64,000 bases of DNA. Source: Hormiphora californensis. Its lineage: Eukaryota > Animalia > Ctenophora. A model generated the notes under the pieces. It was not told the origin of the DNA and did no database searches. It worked only from the letters and a program-made list of their open reading frames with translations. The stretch covers positions 8,370,001 through 8,434,000 of the forward strand of contig CM035351.1 in the NCBI GenBank assembly GCA_020137815.1, read 5' to 3'. Shown in pieces: positions 18,048 through 36,600 of this stretch; the first letter of the stretch is position 1, and the number at the start of each line of letters is the position of its first letter. The position numbers and the translations under genes are program-made.

Positions 18048-18608
18048 TAGTGGAGAGAGGAGAGAGAGAGAGAGGAGAGGTGGATAGATATATCGAACTA
18101 GAGAGAGAGTCATCGAGAGAGAGAGAGAGAGAGAATCTCTCTTGCGAGATCTCGGAGCGCCAGGGTCTCGCTAAGCTCTATTAGCGCTAGATTAAAGAGA
18201 GTGGAGTTCGAGATTCCAATACCGTTTATAGCTACTGGGGAGCATGATGGTGAATTGGAGAGAGTAAGAGCAGTCTAGCAGGGTTAACGATAGGACCGGG
18301 ATGAATGGTGTGTATGCCTGAGAGCACTCTACGTTGCGTGTGTCCTTCTTCCTGCTCCTGTCCTTTTTTCAAGAAACACAGTCAGTTACTTTCACTGTAT
18401 GCAGTGCTGCGGTTCCAGTCAGATAGAGAGAGCTAGAAAGAGAGATAGATAGAGAGATATAATACCGCCCCAGTCCCTGGTCCCACTTGGATAGGTAGAT
18501 AGTATGAGAGGACTATAATTCTGCGGTAAGTGTAATTACGGGATAACCGCGGGGCTAGTAGTTACTAGGTAGCTAATATATGATACAGTCTATAAGTTTC
18601 GGCGAACT

Positions 18609-18692
<84 letters not shown>

Positions 18693-19408
18693 GTTTTCTC
18701 TGTGTCGATTTCATATATCCGATCACCGATGAGAGAACCAAAGAGCAATTACTTCAGTAAAGTAGTGGCTTTCGATGACCAGTTTACAACAGTGATTTGT
18801 CGACTTCTGCAGATTCATGTCACGTACCGATTCTTCTGCTATATATTCTTCCTGAAATAAAACCAACGAATCTCAATTCTTTCCTATTGAATACATCAAG
18901 TGAAATATATATATCTGTCTCTCTTGCTCATTGTGCCTATAATTGTGCTTCCCCATTGTGAGTGTATTATATTGTCAGCAGTGCGGAAATTAAGAGATTA
19001 ACATACCGGCGAGTTGCTATTATGTACTCGTAGTTAGACATAGATTGGCCGGGTATAATGTGCTATGTGCCAGCTGACTTGTGTGTGCCATTCATTAGAT
19101 TTAGTATTCACTCGTACGGCCTCTATTTGTTTTGTACCCCATTTCTTGAACATTCCAGGAAACATAATATGATGATAATATGATGATTCATTGTCTGGTT
19201 TTGCAGCTCTTCCTCCTACATACCGGGACAGGGTACACATCAGGTAATGATCATGAACAATACAATCATTCAATCTGTGGATATTTTTTTGTCCGTTGTC
19301 GCATAAGTGTGCCCTAATACTTCCGTTGGAATGATCACTTGTGTGATTCGATGAATACATTTTAACTCGAGCGATATGCTGTATTCCATAACCGTTCACC
19401 TTTTGCAG

Positions 19409-24879
<5,471 letters not shown>

Positions 24880-25233
24880 TGCCAGGGGACAGCTGGGGAT
24901 GTGGGATATAATATGAGGGACATCAACTTTTGTACCAAAAATGTAAATTCTTAATTCTTTTTAACGCAATTCAATTTGATAAAATAACAATTAATAAAGT
25001 TCGATAACAGTAAAACAACTAATTTCCTAATATATTGTCTACACTGAAAATGTTTTGTGACCCGTCGTTGTCATGGTAAGTTACCATAGGCCATAGCAAT
25101 GGTTACCATGGTAACCCACTAAGAGTAAACAGTTTTCGTTGGGATCCATACGGTTGGGTGAGCTGTGATCAAGACGAGGTTCAGGGGGTATTCCTTCTAT
25201 TGAAGAAGTGTAATTCCTACTGTAGTGACATCA

Positions 25234-27102
25234 TTATGAACTGTATAACCCGTTACTCACTACATAATCACACACCGCATCTGAGGGGGGGGGGTGTCGT
25301 CACAACTCTAGAAACCATTTGAACATGATGGTGCATGATCTGACAATATTATGTGGAAAACATTCTCTCTGCCCTTTCTGCAATGGGATATTGCTAATAC
25401 ATACCTACAATGTGATATATATCTAGGACATGTACCTGGGACAAGGTAGCGAACACTAAGACCCCTGGACACCAGACGACGTACAGCGGTTGAACTGATA
25501 TCGTTACTTATCGGTTCATACGCTATCTTGATATTGGATCTGTACTTGTACAGGGTGTCGTGCCTGCAGAATGAGTGGATTGTAGAAGTAGACATGTAGA
25601 GAGAGGAAAAGATTTGGCAGAACTTAAAATCGGAAAATATTTAGAGACTGTTCCAGACATCATCAGGCAGGTATCATCAGGCATGTGACTATATTCTAAT
25701 TTTCTTTTGGCCATTCTTTCACGCTTACCCGAAAATGTACTTGTCAGGGTCACTTCCAGTTCGTCGGATAACGACCAACCCGTGTCTCCCTACAATGCTC
25801 TCAATATCATCTTCCCTCCACAAACCTGCAGGAAAGAAGGGAATTAGTGGGAATCAGAGGGGAAGGAATATAAACATGGGTTGCTGGTAATGGCCAACTG
25901 GGAAAGGGAAATGGTCTGAAGATATATAATGGGGTGTACCTGGTACGCTAAAACTCTCCAGTAGGTCACCCCCACACACCAGGGCAGTAGTGATACCTGG
26001 GTCACCGAACTCTTCACGTGCTTGCTCCTGAAGTGCCTCTAGAACCTACAGCACGTTGTAAGGGGTTATATTCAACAGTATTCAGCAGTACAGTAACAGG
26101 AATTGTTCAACTAGTGGACAGAATACGACATGGTAACTCTAATGGTAACCATGGTAACTCGTCTAATGGTTACCATGGTTACTCCATAGTTACATTGGTA
26201 ATCATGGTTACTCCATAGTTACATTGGTAACCATGGTTACTCCGACTTGGTGTGTAACTACCTGCCTAGTTGGTGTCCACTGGGCCTGGTTTCCTTCCCA
26301 TGATGAACACCTAATCCACCCGTCCTCTCCACACGCCAGTTCAACCATTGCCCTCCGATCTGCATACTTGACCAGTGTTTTCTTGTGTTTCCTGTATTCA
26401 TCGTGCACTGGCGATATCAGACCTGGGGGAGAGCTGTTATTTGAGTAAGTCCTCCAATCCTACCAGAATAAATATATTACGCCATCTTTTCCAAAGTTGC
26501 TTCAAACTTTAAAATATGAATGATCGCAGCAGGGGCAACATGTTTCAGTTGCACCGTTACGTCATAATTTCAAATTTGTATCTTACGATGATCAGGTTCT
26601 AAGATCGATGATTATTTTGACAAATTATAGCTTTCACGCAACACGTCATGTTGAAATGAATTTTATCTTGTTGCGATCTTTATTTGAAATTGCCATCATT
26701 ATAATCATACTATAATCTCTGTCACCTGAGTAACTTACAACATTTAAATTCTAGTTAAAATTATCTTTATATATATTATCTCACGCTCTTTATCACATGT
26801 CAAAAATAAAACCCAATTGATGTTTATATTGACGTGTCTCGACTTGCAAAATATTTTTTTCTTCTAGAAAGTTATGTGTTATAAAGATGGGATAAAGATT
26901 AGTCTTTTCATTAATCAAATATTCGATATTATTATTTGTCATGCTGGTTCATTCTCCTTCTCAACATCATCTCACCTGCTAAAACGTTGATATTTTGTTG
27001 CCGAAGGGCATCCCGGGCGATCTCAAGACATCTCAGATGCATCATAGTGGGAGGGTTGAAGCATCCCGAGAGAACCAGGACCACCGACCTCCCCTTGCTC
27101 AT
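25234..27102 (-). CDS. NMNAT: Nicotinamide/nicotinate mononucleotide adenylyltransferase, multi-exon
   Basis: SGCFNPPTIMHLR, SPVHDEY, RRAMVELA, WEGNQAQWTPT, LVCGGDLLESF, NDISSTAVRR...SVRYLVP|DAVCDYV...LY. Confidence 0.93.
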
Positions 27103-27602
27103 CTATAACATATGTGTTGGACAAAGTTAGTGATTTAGGGCATTGTGGAATAGGGAAGGAGTTAGGTAAAGATAAAAAGGGTAGGATTTAGAAAAGGGAA
27201 TGTAATGGGAAAAGGATTTAGGACAAGAAGGGAGCTGGAGAATGTGTTACCTTGCGATTGAAAACGGACGGGGACTTCATACTGGGGTAGAACAGGAAGA
27301 GAGCAACAACGACAACAACAGAGTCAAAGTATTGGAAAGAAGGAAAATAATTACCTCCAATTATCTTGACAGACTCTATGGCGGGGTACGTGATAGAGTG
27401 TCAATGTAATTATATATTGTTGCCCGGGTATGGACTGTATTTCAACATTTTAAAAGAGTAAAAATAAAATATATATCATGTTAACGAATAGTTCAACACG
27501 CTCTGTTATCATCGTACGGTGCGACAGCACAACGTTTTGTTGTAGCCTCTATTGGGAATACTAAAATGTCCATATAGTTCGTCACATTCCTCGTGTATAT
27601 CT

Positions 27603-30600
27603 TCACCTGGAAGAAAGTTTGTTTTTTTCAAACCCAGAGCGCGGGAAAGCAGGGTCGAGCAAGGCAAGAAGAAGGCATTAAAACATTATACAGTCGGGCC
27701 CCGATTTACCGGGATCCTCGGGTGAAGCCATTTTGCCCGGTAAATCGGGGTGCCCGGTATATCGGGGTAGAGCATATTTGACCCATAAATGATAAACCCT
27801 ACCCATAAATCCTACTTTTGTCCAAAATTCTATACCAAGACACCTCTAACTGTATAGTATACATTTATTGATGACAATATGAGCATTGCTTCTGTCATCT
27901 CTATTATAATTTGGAGATGAACGTCGTCGAAGCCGTTCGTTAGGCGGTATCTACGCGACAGTGCTCCTTCATAAAATACTTTATGTGACCAAAGCTGTAA
28001 AGCTGTCATTCACACTTTTGGAACTTCCAGTGGAAGTTAATTAATATTTTCGAATGACTTTTGACATGCCAGTCCCCATAGTTACCAATTCAGTTGCCAT
28101 GGCAACCGTGTTATTGACGTTGAAAGGGGCGAAAAAAAACCACCCGGCGAAGCCGGGTGGGTTATTAGAAAGCCCTTACTTGAGGCTTATGTGATACATA
28201 ATGAGCTATATAATGAGCTGTATAATAGAATTATACTGTATTGCAGTTCTATACAAAACCTTTCCAACAATGCCTGGACAAGCCCCTATAACACCCCCCT
28301 AATGCTAATACCCCGCCCTTCTTATCCATTGTCCAACCCCCTTACCCTTATAACAGATCTTTTAGCAACGGATGACCATCTGCCACCACCAAAATGCAGC
28401 TATTTCGTGCGAAATGCAGCTCTATTTTGTGCTTTCTCCTTTGGGAGACTAAAGACAGTCAAATCTTCCTTTTCTCCTCATATTCTCATACATTGTCTTT
28501 CTCTCTTTTTCTACTACTGGAGTCATTCCTTTACAATCTTCCCCTTTAAAAATCATCCTTTTATGCATTCTAGTTAGAAATAAAAAATTTAAAAAATTCA
28601 AAAAAAATGTAAAAACTGTTTCTAAGGTAAACCACCCCGACCGAGTCCGAATCGTGTTTCGAATTGGTGCATCTAATCGCATGTCCTGCCGCTAATTAGA
28701 CGGTTCGACACGAACCGATACGTGATACCATGCCGAATCTGGGCATCCTAAGCGGGGTGAGGAAGTATCAAAATTTCAAAATAACTTTTTCTCTGAAAAT
28801 TTACGGGGAGCATCGATCAAAGCATTGGCAATCTTACTATAAAATTTTGCAAAAAAAGTTTTAAAATTTTTAAAGGTATACCAGCCACGTCCGAATCCTG
28901 TTTCGAATCGGTGCATCTTATCACGTGTTATGCCGCTAATTAGACGGTTTGAAACGAACTGATACGTGATCCCTATTAGACCTAGCGAATTGCAAATGCA
29001 AGTTTACCAACCGGCAAAACCTCGAAAATTTTCAAAAAAAAATCGGGGGAAAGAAATCCTCCCGGTAAATCGGGGTTCCGGTAAATCGGGGCCCGGTAAA
29101 TCGGGGTCCGACTGTATTTGAATATAACAGTGAATATATTCACTGTTATCCAAAAAATTTAAAAAATTCAAAAAAAATGTAAAAACTGTTTCTAAGGTAA
29201 ACCACCCCGACCGAGTCCGAATCGTGTTTCGAATTGGTGCATCTAATCGCATGTCCTGCCGCTAATTAGACGGTTCGACACGAACCGATACGTGATACCA
29301 TGCCGAATCTGGGCATCCTAAGCGGGGTGAGGAAGTATCAAAATTTCAAAATAACTTTTTCTCTGAAAATTTACGGGGAGCATCGATCAAAGCATTGACA
29401 ATGATTCTGTAAAATTTTGCAAAAAAAATAATGAAATTTTTCTAAGGTATATCAGCCACGTTCGAATCGTGTTTCGAATCGGTGCATCTTATCACGTGTC
29501 ATGCCGCTAATTAGACGGTTTGAAACGAACTGATACGTGATCCCTATTAGACCTAGCGAATTGCAAATGCAAGTTTACCAACCGGCAAAACCTCGAAAAT
29601 TTTCAAAAAAAAATCGGGGGAAAGAAATCCTCCCGGTAAATCGGGGTTCCGGTAAATCGGGGCCCGGTAAATCGGGGTCCGACTGTATTTGAATATAACA
29701 GTGAATATATTCACTGTTATCCAAATGATATATCAGGATGGTATAATCACGGTGTATGTACCTTAGCTCAGGAAGTTGTCGTGCACACGATTTCAGCATT
29801 AGTTCAACATTACCATCGTTCCGCCAGTGTTCTATTGCTTTCCGTAACTTACACCATCTCTCACCGTGCTTGGGATCCGCCTGCACACACTTATCAACCT
29901 ATAGGGGAGGGGGATAAAGTTATAGACAATACTTTTGGGAGTAGCTGCATACATCATAGATGATATCCCCAAACACAGATATAATATCCATCTGAAGAAA
30001 CATAGGGAAAGTGCAATTGTTCACCTGCAATAGTTCGGGCGGGGGGGTACTTAGGGTTAGGGGCTGGGGAGACAGTAATATCAATTAACAGTAATTAATA
30101 TTTTGCCCTGGCCGGATAGGTTTATTGCCCCATAGTAATATCGATTCCCACAGAAACTTTTAAAAACCTGAACACGTCAAGATGACTTGCCGCGAGGAAG
30201 AATAGTATCATTTAGCTGATATAAACGGTGTATATATTATCATACTTTTAGTATGATGTGCGTTAGTAAATCTAGTCATTCATCACTGTGAGACAGCGGT
30301 TTCCTAATGACGAGTGAGTGTATTATATAGAAAGAGCTGGAAATGAATCGAATATAGTGGCGGTTAATACAGGGCTTGAAACTTAACAGCTGTATAAATC
30401 AACCCCTTGCACCTGTAGTAGTCGTAGTCGTTGAAACTTAACGTAATTAATCATGTTGTGAGAGAGAGAGAGAAAGAGAGAGAAAAGGGAGAGAGAGAGA
30501 AAAAGGGAGAGAGGGAGAGAAAGGGAGAGAGGGAGAGAGAGAGAACTTTCACTACTTTAACTTTCCCACCCCATGCATGAAGTCTAGAGCTCAACTTCTT

Positions 30601-33600
30601 AACAGTTTAAATCATTGCAGCTTGATTCGCTGAATTTTATTAGTTATCAAATCACGCGTGAAATAAAACCTGTCGCATCTACCCATCTTCGTATTGCATA
30701 ACGCAATTTTGTGTTTTTATGGTATAGCTTTTATATCAGATTTTATAATTTGTTCTTGCTATTCTTTTAAAAATGACTCTAAAATTTAATATATGCCAAT
30801 TTCCAGATGTTAAAGGAACACGCAGACAGGGTCACCATGACAACCCTGGCCGTAGTCATAGGAACCACCGGGGCCATCCTAAACCTCCTCTGCCTGCTAT
30901 TCTACATCCGTTACCCATCCTCCTCCCTTGGTCGGCGGCTCCTAACTGTCCTGTGTGTGGCGGACTTGTGCATGTGCACCACCTCCGCAGTGACCGAGCT
31001 AACCGAGGCTTTAGTGTTTTTCAAAGTTATTGAAAAGGTAGATATCCTGACAGGAGCGTATCTCGTTGTCAGTTCTCTAGTGATGGTATGTTACGAGAGT
31101 ACCACATTCCTGACTGTCACCCTCAGCTGCACCCGGACCATGTCCTTCTTTCTACCCACTGTGAAACACAAGGGACGGCTCCTAACTACCGCTGTTATAG
31201 TATTCCATATCCAGGTGGTTGCTAGGGAGACTGCATTCGTGTTGCTAACCTGGGTTACTGAGTACAAGGATATTGATAATGAGCTGCTGACAGAGATACA
31301 TGACCGCCTCGATCAGATATGCCAGATGATGACATTTGCAGTTACCGTGCTGGGGGTTCTCCTGGTGTTAGCCCTCACTATAGGCTGTATTGTGAGACTA
31401 CAATGTGGGGCTAGTACCTACCAAAATGAGGGCTACAACCAAGATCAACCGTCGTGCGACCATCACAGTGACGATCATCTCCACATTGTTCTGTGTCCTG
31501 AAACCTATCCTACATCACGTGCGGGGGACTAGAGTTGGTATTGGGTGACGGACCTAAGAGCTTGTGTACCCTATTTCTATTCTCTTTCCCGTGTTAAACT
31601 CCATGGTGAATCCCGTGGTGTTTATTGTCAGGAACACCCGGATGCGGGCTTATTTCTGGGACTTTGTTATTCGACCAGTTATCTGTAAAGTCCAGGAGAT
31701 ACAATTCGGGGCATACTTAGATGGAGAATACAAGAGGTGTTTTATTGTATTTATTGATATATAATGCTGTATTGTAGTTTAGCCAGAAATTCATGTCATC
31801 TTTAAATGACTAATCAAATTCATTTCGTCTTATTTTACTTATTTGACTAATCAATCAAAATATAAAAATCAATCAAAATATAAAAATCTTCATAAAAACG
31901 CCAAATAAGGCCCTCAAATATGTTTTCCAAGCCGTGAGAATTTAGAATGCACCCCCCTTCAAACAGGTTATACTGTCCCCCGCAGCTGATGCTGTACTAA
32001 CTCTGCACAATCGCTATGAGGGGCAACATGTCAATCGACAAACCCCCCCCCAATGTCACATACCAAAATCTGGAGTTCCTGTTCAGTTCCGTGTGCGAGG
32101 GTGAACTTGTAGTATGCTGCCCATGTGTCTCCGTGATCAGGGTCCAGCTTCACCGCCTTCACAAACCACTCCCTCGCCTTCTTGTTCTTCCTCTCCAGCC
32201 AGAATAACTTTGCGACCGATAACACAACCTGATTATGGTGGGATGGTCGATATGTTACATGTCTTATTTCAATTGTAGGAGTGGTCTAATACCGTCTGCA
32301 ATTGTCTGACACGCTAAATTGAAATATTTCCAGAACACACACGTGTCAACTTACATGTGCATCATTATCACAATTCTTCAGAGCATCCACACTTTTAGTT
32401 TTCCTGGCAGGTCTGGGTGCCATGAAGATACCCTCACTCCACAGACGGCCTGATTTGGGACACGACTGGAGAGCTCGGGCGAGGAGGGCTTGAGCAACAT
32501 TGTCATTTCCAGCCTTTACCTCCAGTCTGATGGCATGGACCCACAGCTCATCATTCAAGGGGTTCCTAACCCTTGCTTTCTCCAGGATGGACCGGGCCTT
32601 GGTGATGTTCCCCTCCCCGACCTCAGTGTTGGCGAAGAGAACCCACAGAGGTATGGAGTTAGGACACCTCTTGATACCCAGATCAAATGTAGTCCGGGCT
32701 GCATCTAGTTTTCCCATTTGGATCTCTATCTGCCCCTTCATCATGTAGAATTTAGGGAATTCAGGGAACTTGGTAACCCCTGTTGCTATGGTAGAGAGTG
32801 CACCGGGCAGGTTGTCAAGGCACCACTCCAGTCGGGCACTCTTCATCCAAACACGAGCCGTGCCTGGGAGAAACACACGTTATAGAGGTACTAAATGTTA
32901 AAAACAAATGTTAACACAACATGTACCAAAACTGGCTCGAAGTTCTAAAACACCCGTACCTGCTGTTTCCCTGGCCTTCTGTAAGAGCTTCCGGGCCCGT
33001 TCATGCTCATTATTCTTGCTTTCCAGGGTTATAGCAGCAATCCATATCTCCTCGCTGTTCGGGTTAGCTCCAAACGCGTCATTGAGGATTGACCGCGCCT
33101 CGGGGACATTACCCGCCAACCACTTGCTCTTAGCCCGCATCAACCAGAGAACCTCAGCCTAATAAAATATCGAAATGTTAGTGCATAAATTTCTACTAGC
33201 TCATTATACAAGTTTCTTGCTGGACCCTCTCATCTTGTTAGAATATTCCTTACCTTAGGACAGTGTGTGACTGCTTTCTGTAGCAGTGTCTCATACTGCT
33301 CAATCGAACCGTGGTTTTTCTCAAAGAATGCAGCCCTCATCCATATACTCTTCTTTAGGGGGAAGACAGTGAGGGTGTAGGCGTACACGGCCCTGGCTGA
33401 GTTGAATGCTTTGTTCGCGATGAAGGAGTCAGCATCTTCCATCCAGGTGTGTTTCCTGTCTTCTGCTTCCACTCCCAGGGCTAAAAAGGAGAGGATGGGA
33501 ATGTGTTGGAAAGAAAATTAAAGGGTTGTTGTCTATTGTCTAAACTGGTTGATTGAACCGTTTGTCCCTGGTCATGGAAACAAACGGTTGAATATCTAAA

Positions 33601-36600
33601 AAACCAGATTGGTGAAGAACATAAACAATTCCATGCCCCTGAGTCTTGTGAACAGTGGTGCGCGCGAACACCTCTATTTTGAAGGGAGTGGAGTTGGCGC
33701 GTTACGTACATGACTACTGCAATAGCGCTATCTGTGAGAGGTCAAATACAAGTTTCGATCAACAATAATTTTAGAAATTATGTTCAGTAATTTAATTCTA
33801 AAAGTTAAACTTACAGATGACGGTTCGAACAATAGCTTGACATGTAATGGGGGAATCAGCCCTATCACACTCTTCTGCATCTTTCAGCCACTGCTCCCTG
33901 TTGATCTCCACCATATTAGCTTTGAGTGAAGTCACCGCTCTTTCTATAATCTGTAGGGGTTGTGATGTTCAGTACTTCAACTACTATGTACAATATAAAT
34001 CTTCTAGGGCCGCTAGAATCTACTTTATTAGGCAAGGACACCTTCAACAAGGGGTATGATAACCCGCAATCATCAATGATGTTCCTGTTGATGTGGGCAG
34101 TATTTGATCTCCAAGTACTCTGGTTTAGTACTGCAAAGCACTGCCGGACATAAGTCATGAAACCAGGGAAGACACCAACCGAATGAGAAGGAACAGTACG
34201 TGAAACTGAGTATTACCCACGCAGTGAGATCAGATGGATGAGGGGTTGTTTGATGAAGCAAGAGAAAGAGGCATGTTTTGTAAATATCGAAATCTAAAAA
34301 ACAATCAAAAACAAAACATTCAAAGCCTCATCCACTCGTCTAGAAGGATCTCAGTAGGGAAGGGTCGATCATCCTCGTTCAATCTGAGCAGGCGGATAAT
34401 GAACTCTCGAGAGGGCAGGTCCAGGGAGGTATTCAGGAAGTTTAGACCTTTAGTTTTGTAGTCCTTGACATCCTGGGCTGTAGCAAAGGGGCAGTCACCG
34501 TTCAGTAGGCAGTAAGCAAGGCATCCAATGGCCCAGGTTGTGGAAGGGAGGGATCCGTGGGTTCCGGTGGCAAAGAACTCGGGAGGAAGGTAGACATCAG
34601 TTCCCTGGAATCGGTTGTACCGCTCAGCGAGGAGGGAGGCGGATCCAAAGTCGATCAGTTTGATCTGTCCAGTGGTAGGGTTGTAGAGGATGTTCTCGTC
34701 CTTTATATCACGATGGTCTATCCCAACTGTTAGCATGTAGAAGACTGTATCCAGGACTCCTCGCAGGATCTTCCTCGCCTCAGCAGGGGCCAGGCATCCG
34801 GTACGGTCAATGTAGGAGAAGAGATCCTCAAAACCAGCCACGTACTCCATGATCAGGATCCAGGAATCGGAGGGCTCATCAAAGTACATCTCCTCCAGGT
34901 TCAGGATGTTGGGGTGTTTCAGCTCCTCCCACAGAATGATCTCATCAGGCAGGTCACAGTCACGGAGCGGGCAGTAGGTCTTCCTCTTGCACTTGGAGTC
35001 AGGGATCACCTTGGCAGCATGGAGAGAGCCATCCTCCTTGCTCTGGACGAGCATGACAGAACCGTAGCCTCCTTCGCCCAGGACTCGGATGGAGGTGTAG
35101 AGGTCGGAAACACAGACAGCTGCAGTAGACATGATGTAGTAGTACAGGTAGCAGTAGTAGAGGATGTAGTGGTAGTAGAGAGGGAAGTGTTTGGGGATGG
35201 TTGGTTGATGGAAACGGAAGGGTATAAGTACCCCTGGTATCTGGACTACAATTGGTATGACGTGGGAAAACTATGTGATCAAGTTGACTAGATTCCCAAT
35301 AATTGCACGTTCCAATCTCTTGTAATCGGTGGTGTCGTTCAATTCAAGTGGTGTTGTGATGTCGAATCTAATTAGGGGTGACAAGACCAATGTTGCTAAT
35401 GGGTCATGTAACAGGGTCCTGCATTGCTAATCGATCATGTAACAAGGCACTGTATTGCTAATGGGTCATGTAACAGCCAACAGGGCCCTAGAGAGCTAAT
35501 GGGTCATGTAACAGGGATTTGGTTAGCGTAACAAGTTCGTACATTGTTTAGGGCTAATTAGTATAACTCTCTTCCTGAGATCATATGACAATCAGATAAG
35601 TTAGCGAGGGAGACTGAGTTAGGGCCGGGGCACTTAGGATTCGAATATTATATGGCAGTAAGAAAAAAGTAAGATCATGATCACCCAACATAAAGACATT
35701 CTCAAAGGAAACAAACAAACTAACAATCTATACCTTATGAACCATCTCTGTATTTCCGTTTGCTTCCTCCAGCCTTGCTGCATTGATCCAAATTTGTCGA
35801 TCAGTGGGAATCTTCTGTCGGGCAGCATTCAATACTTTCCTAGCTCCCTCATAACTCTCCAATTTTGCGAGGGCCAACCATAGCTCCACCGAGTTAGGGC
35901 AACACTCAACAGCACGACTTAGCAGAATCTTAGCATCTCCTGGGGAGTAGAGAATTATAGTGAGCTGTGAGAGGAGCATCACTTCAACTGGGGGGTTGTG
36001 TAACTCATACTGTGAGGGGGGATCTCACTCAATAACTGACCAGGTTCCTCTAGTTCAACTGCATCTTTCCAAAGTTTTACAGAGTTAGGAATCTGCTCCA
36101 AGGCCTTCCTGAGTACTCTTCTCTTAGCGATCACCTCACCCTCTAGCTGCACAGCCTTGTCCCAGATCTTAACACTATTAGGCAGGGTTCTGACCGCCTT
36201 GGCTATAACAGATTTAGCCATTTCAGGGGGTTGCAATCGAGCTGCTTCAATCCACACATCTTCGTTGTTAGGACACACCTCACACGCTGCAGAAATAGAG
36301 AAGTTGACAATTTTATTAGAGGGAAGAATAAAATTAAAATAATAACTGTCAAAATAAAGCAGGTAATATGTCCATAATCGGATTTAGATTTAGATTCAGT
36401 ACCTTTGACAATGATATTTCGTGCTTGTTGCATTTTTCCAGTGACTTCCTCAAGCCTCGCTGCAGCTATCCACCCAGGGGCGTGTTTAGGGTTAGTATTG
36501 GTCACCGACTGGAGCAACAACCTGCAAAATTAGAGGGTAGAAATGTTATAATGTACCTCTAATGGATTATGGAAGAGGTACCCTTCACCCTTGGGAGAAG

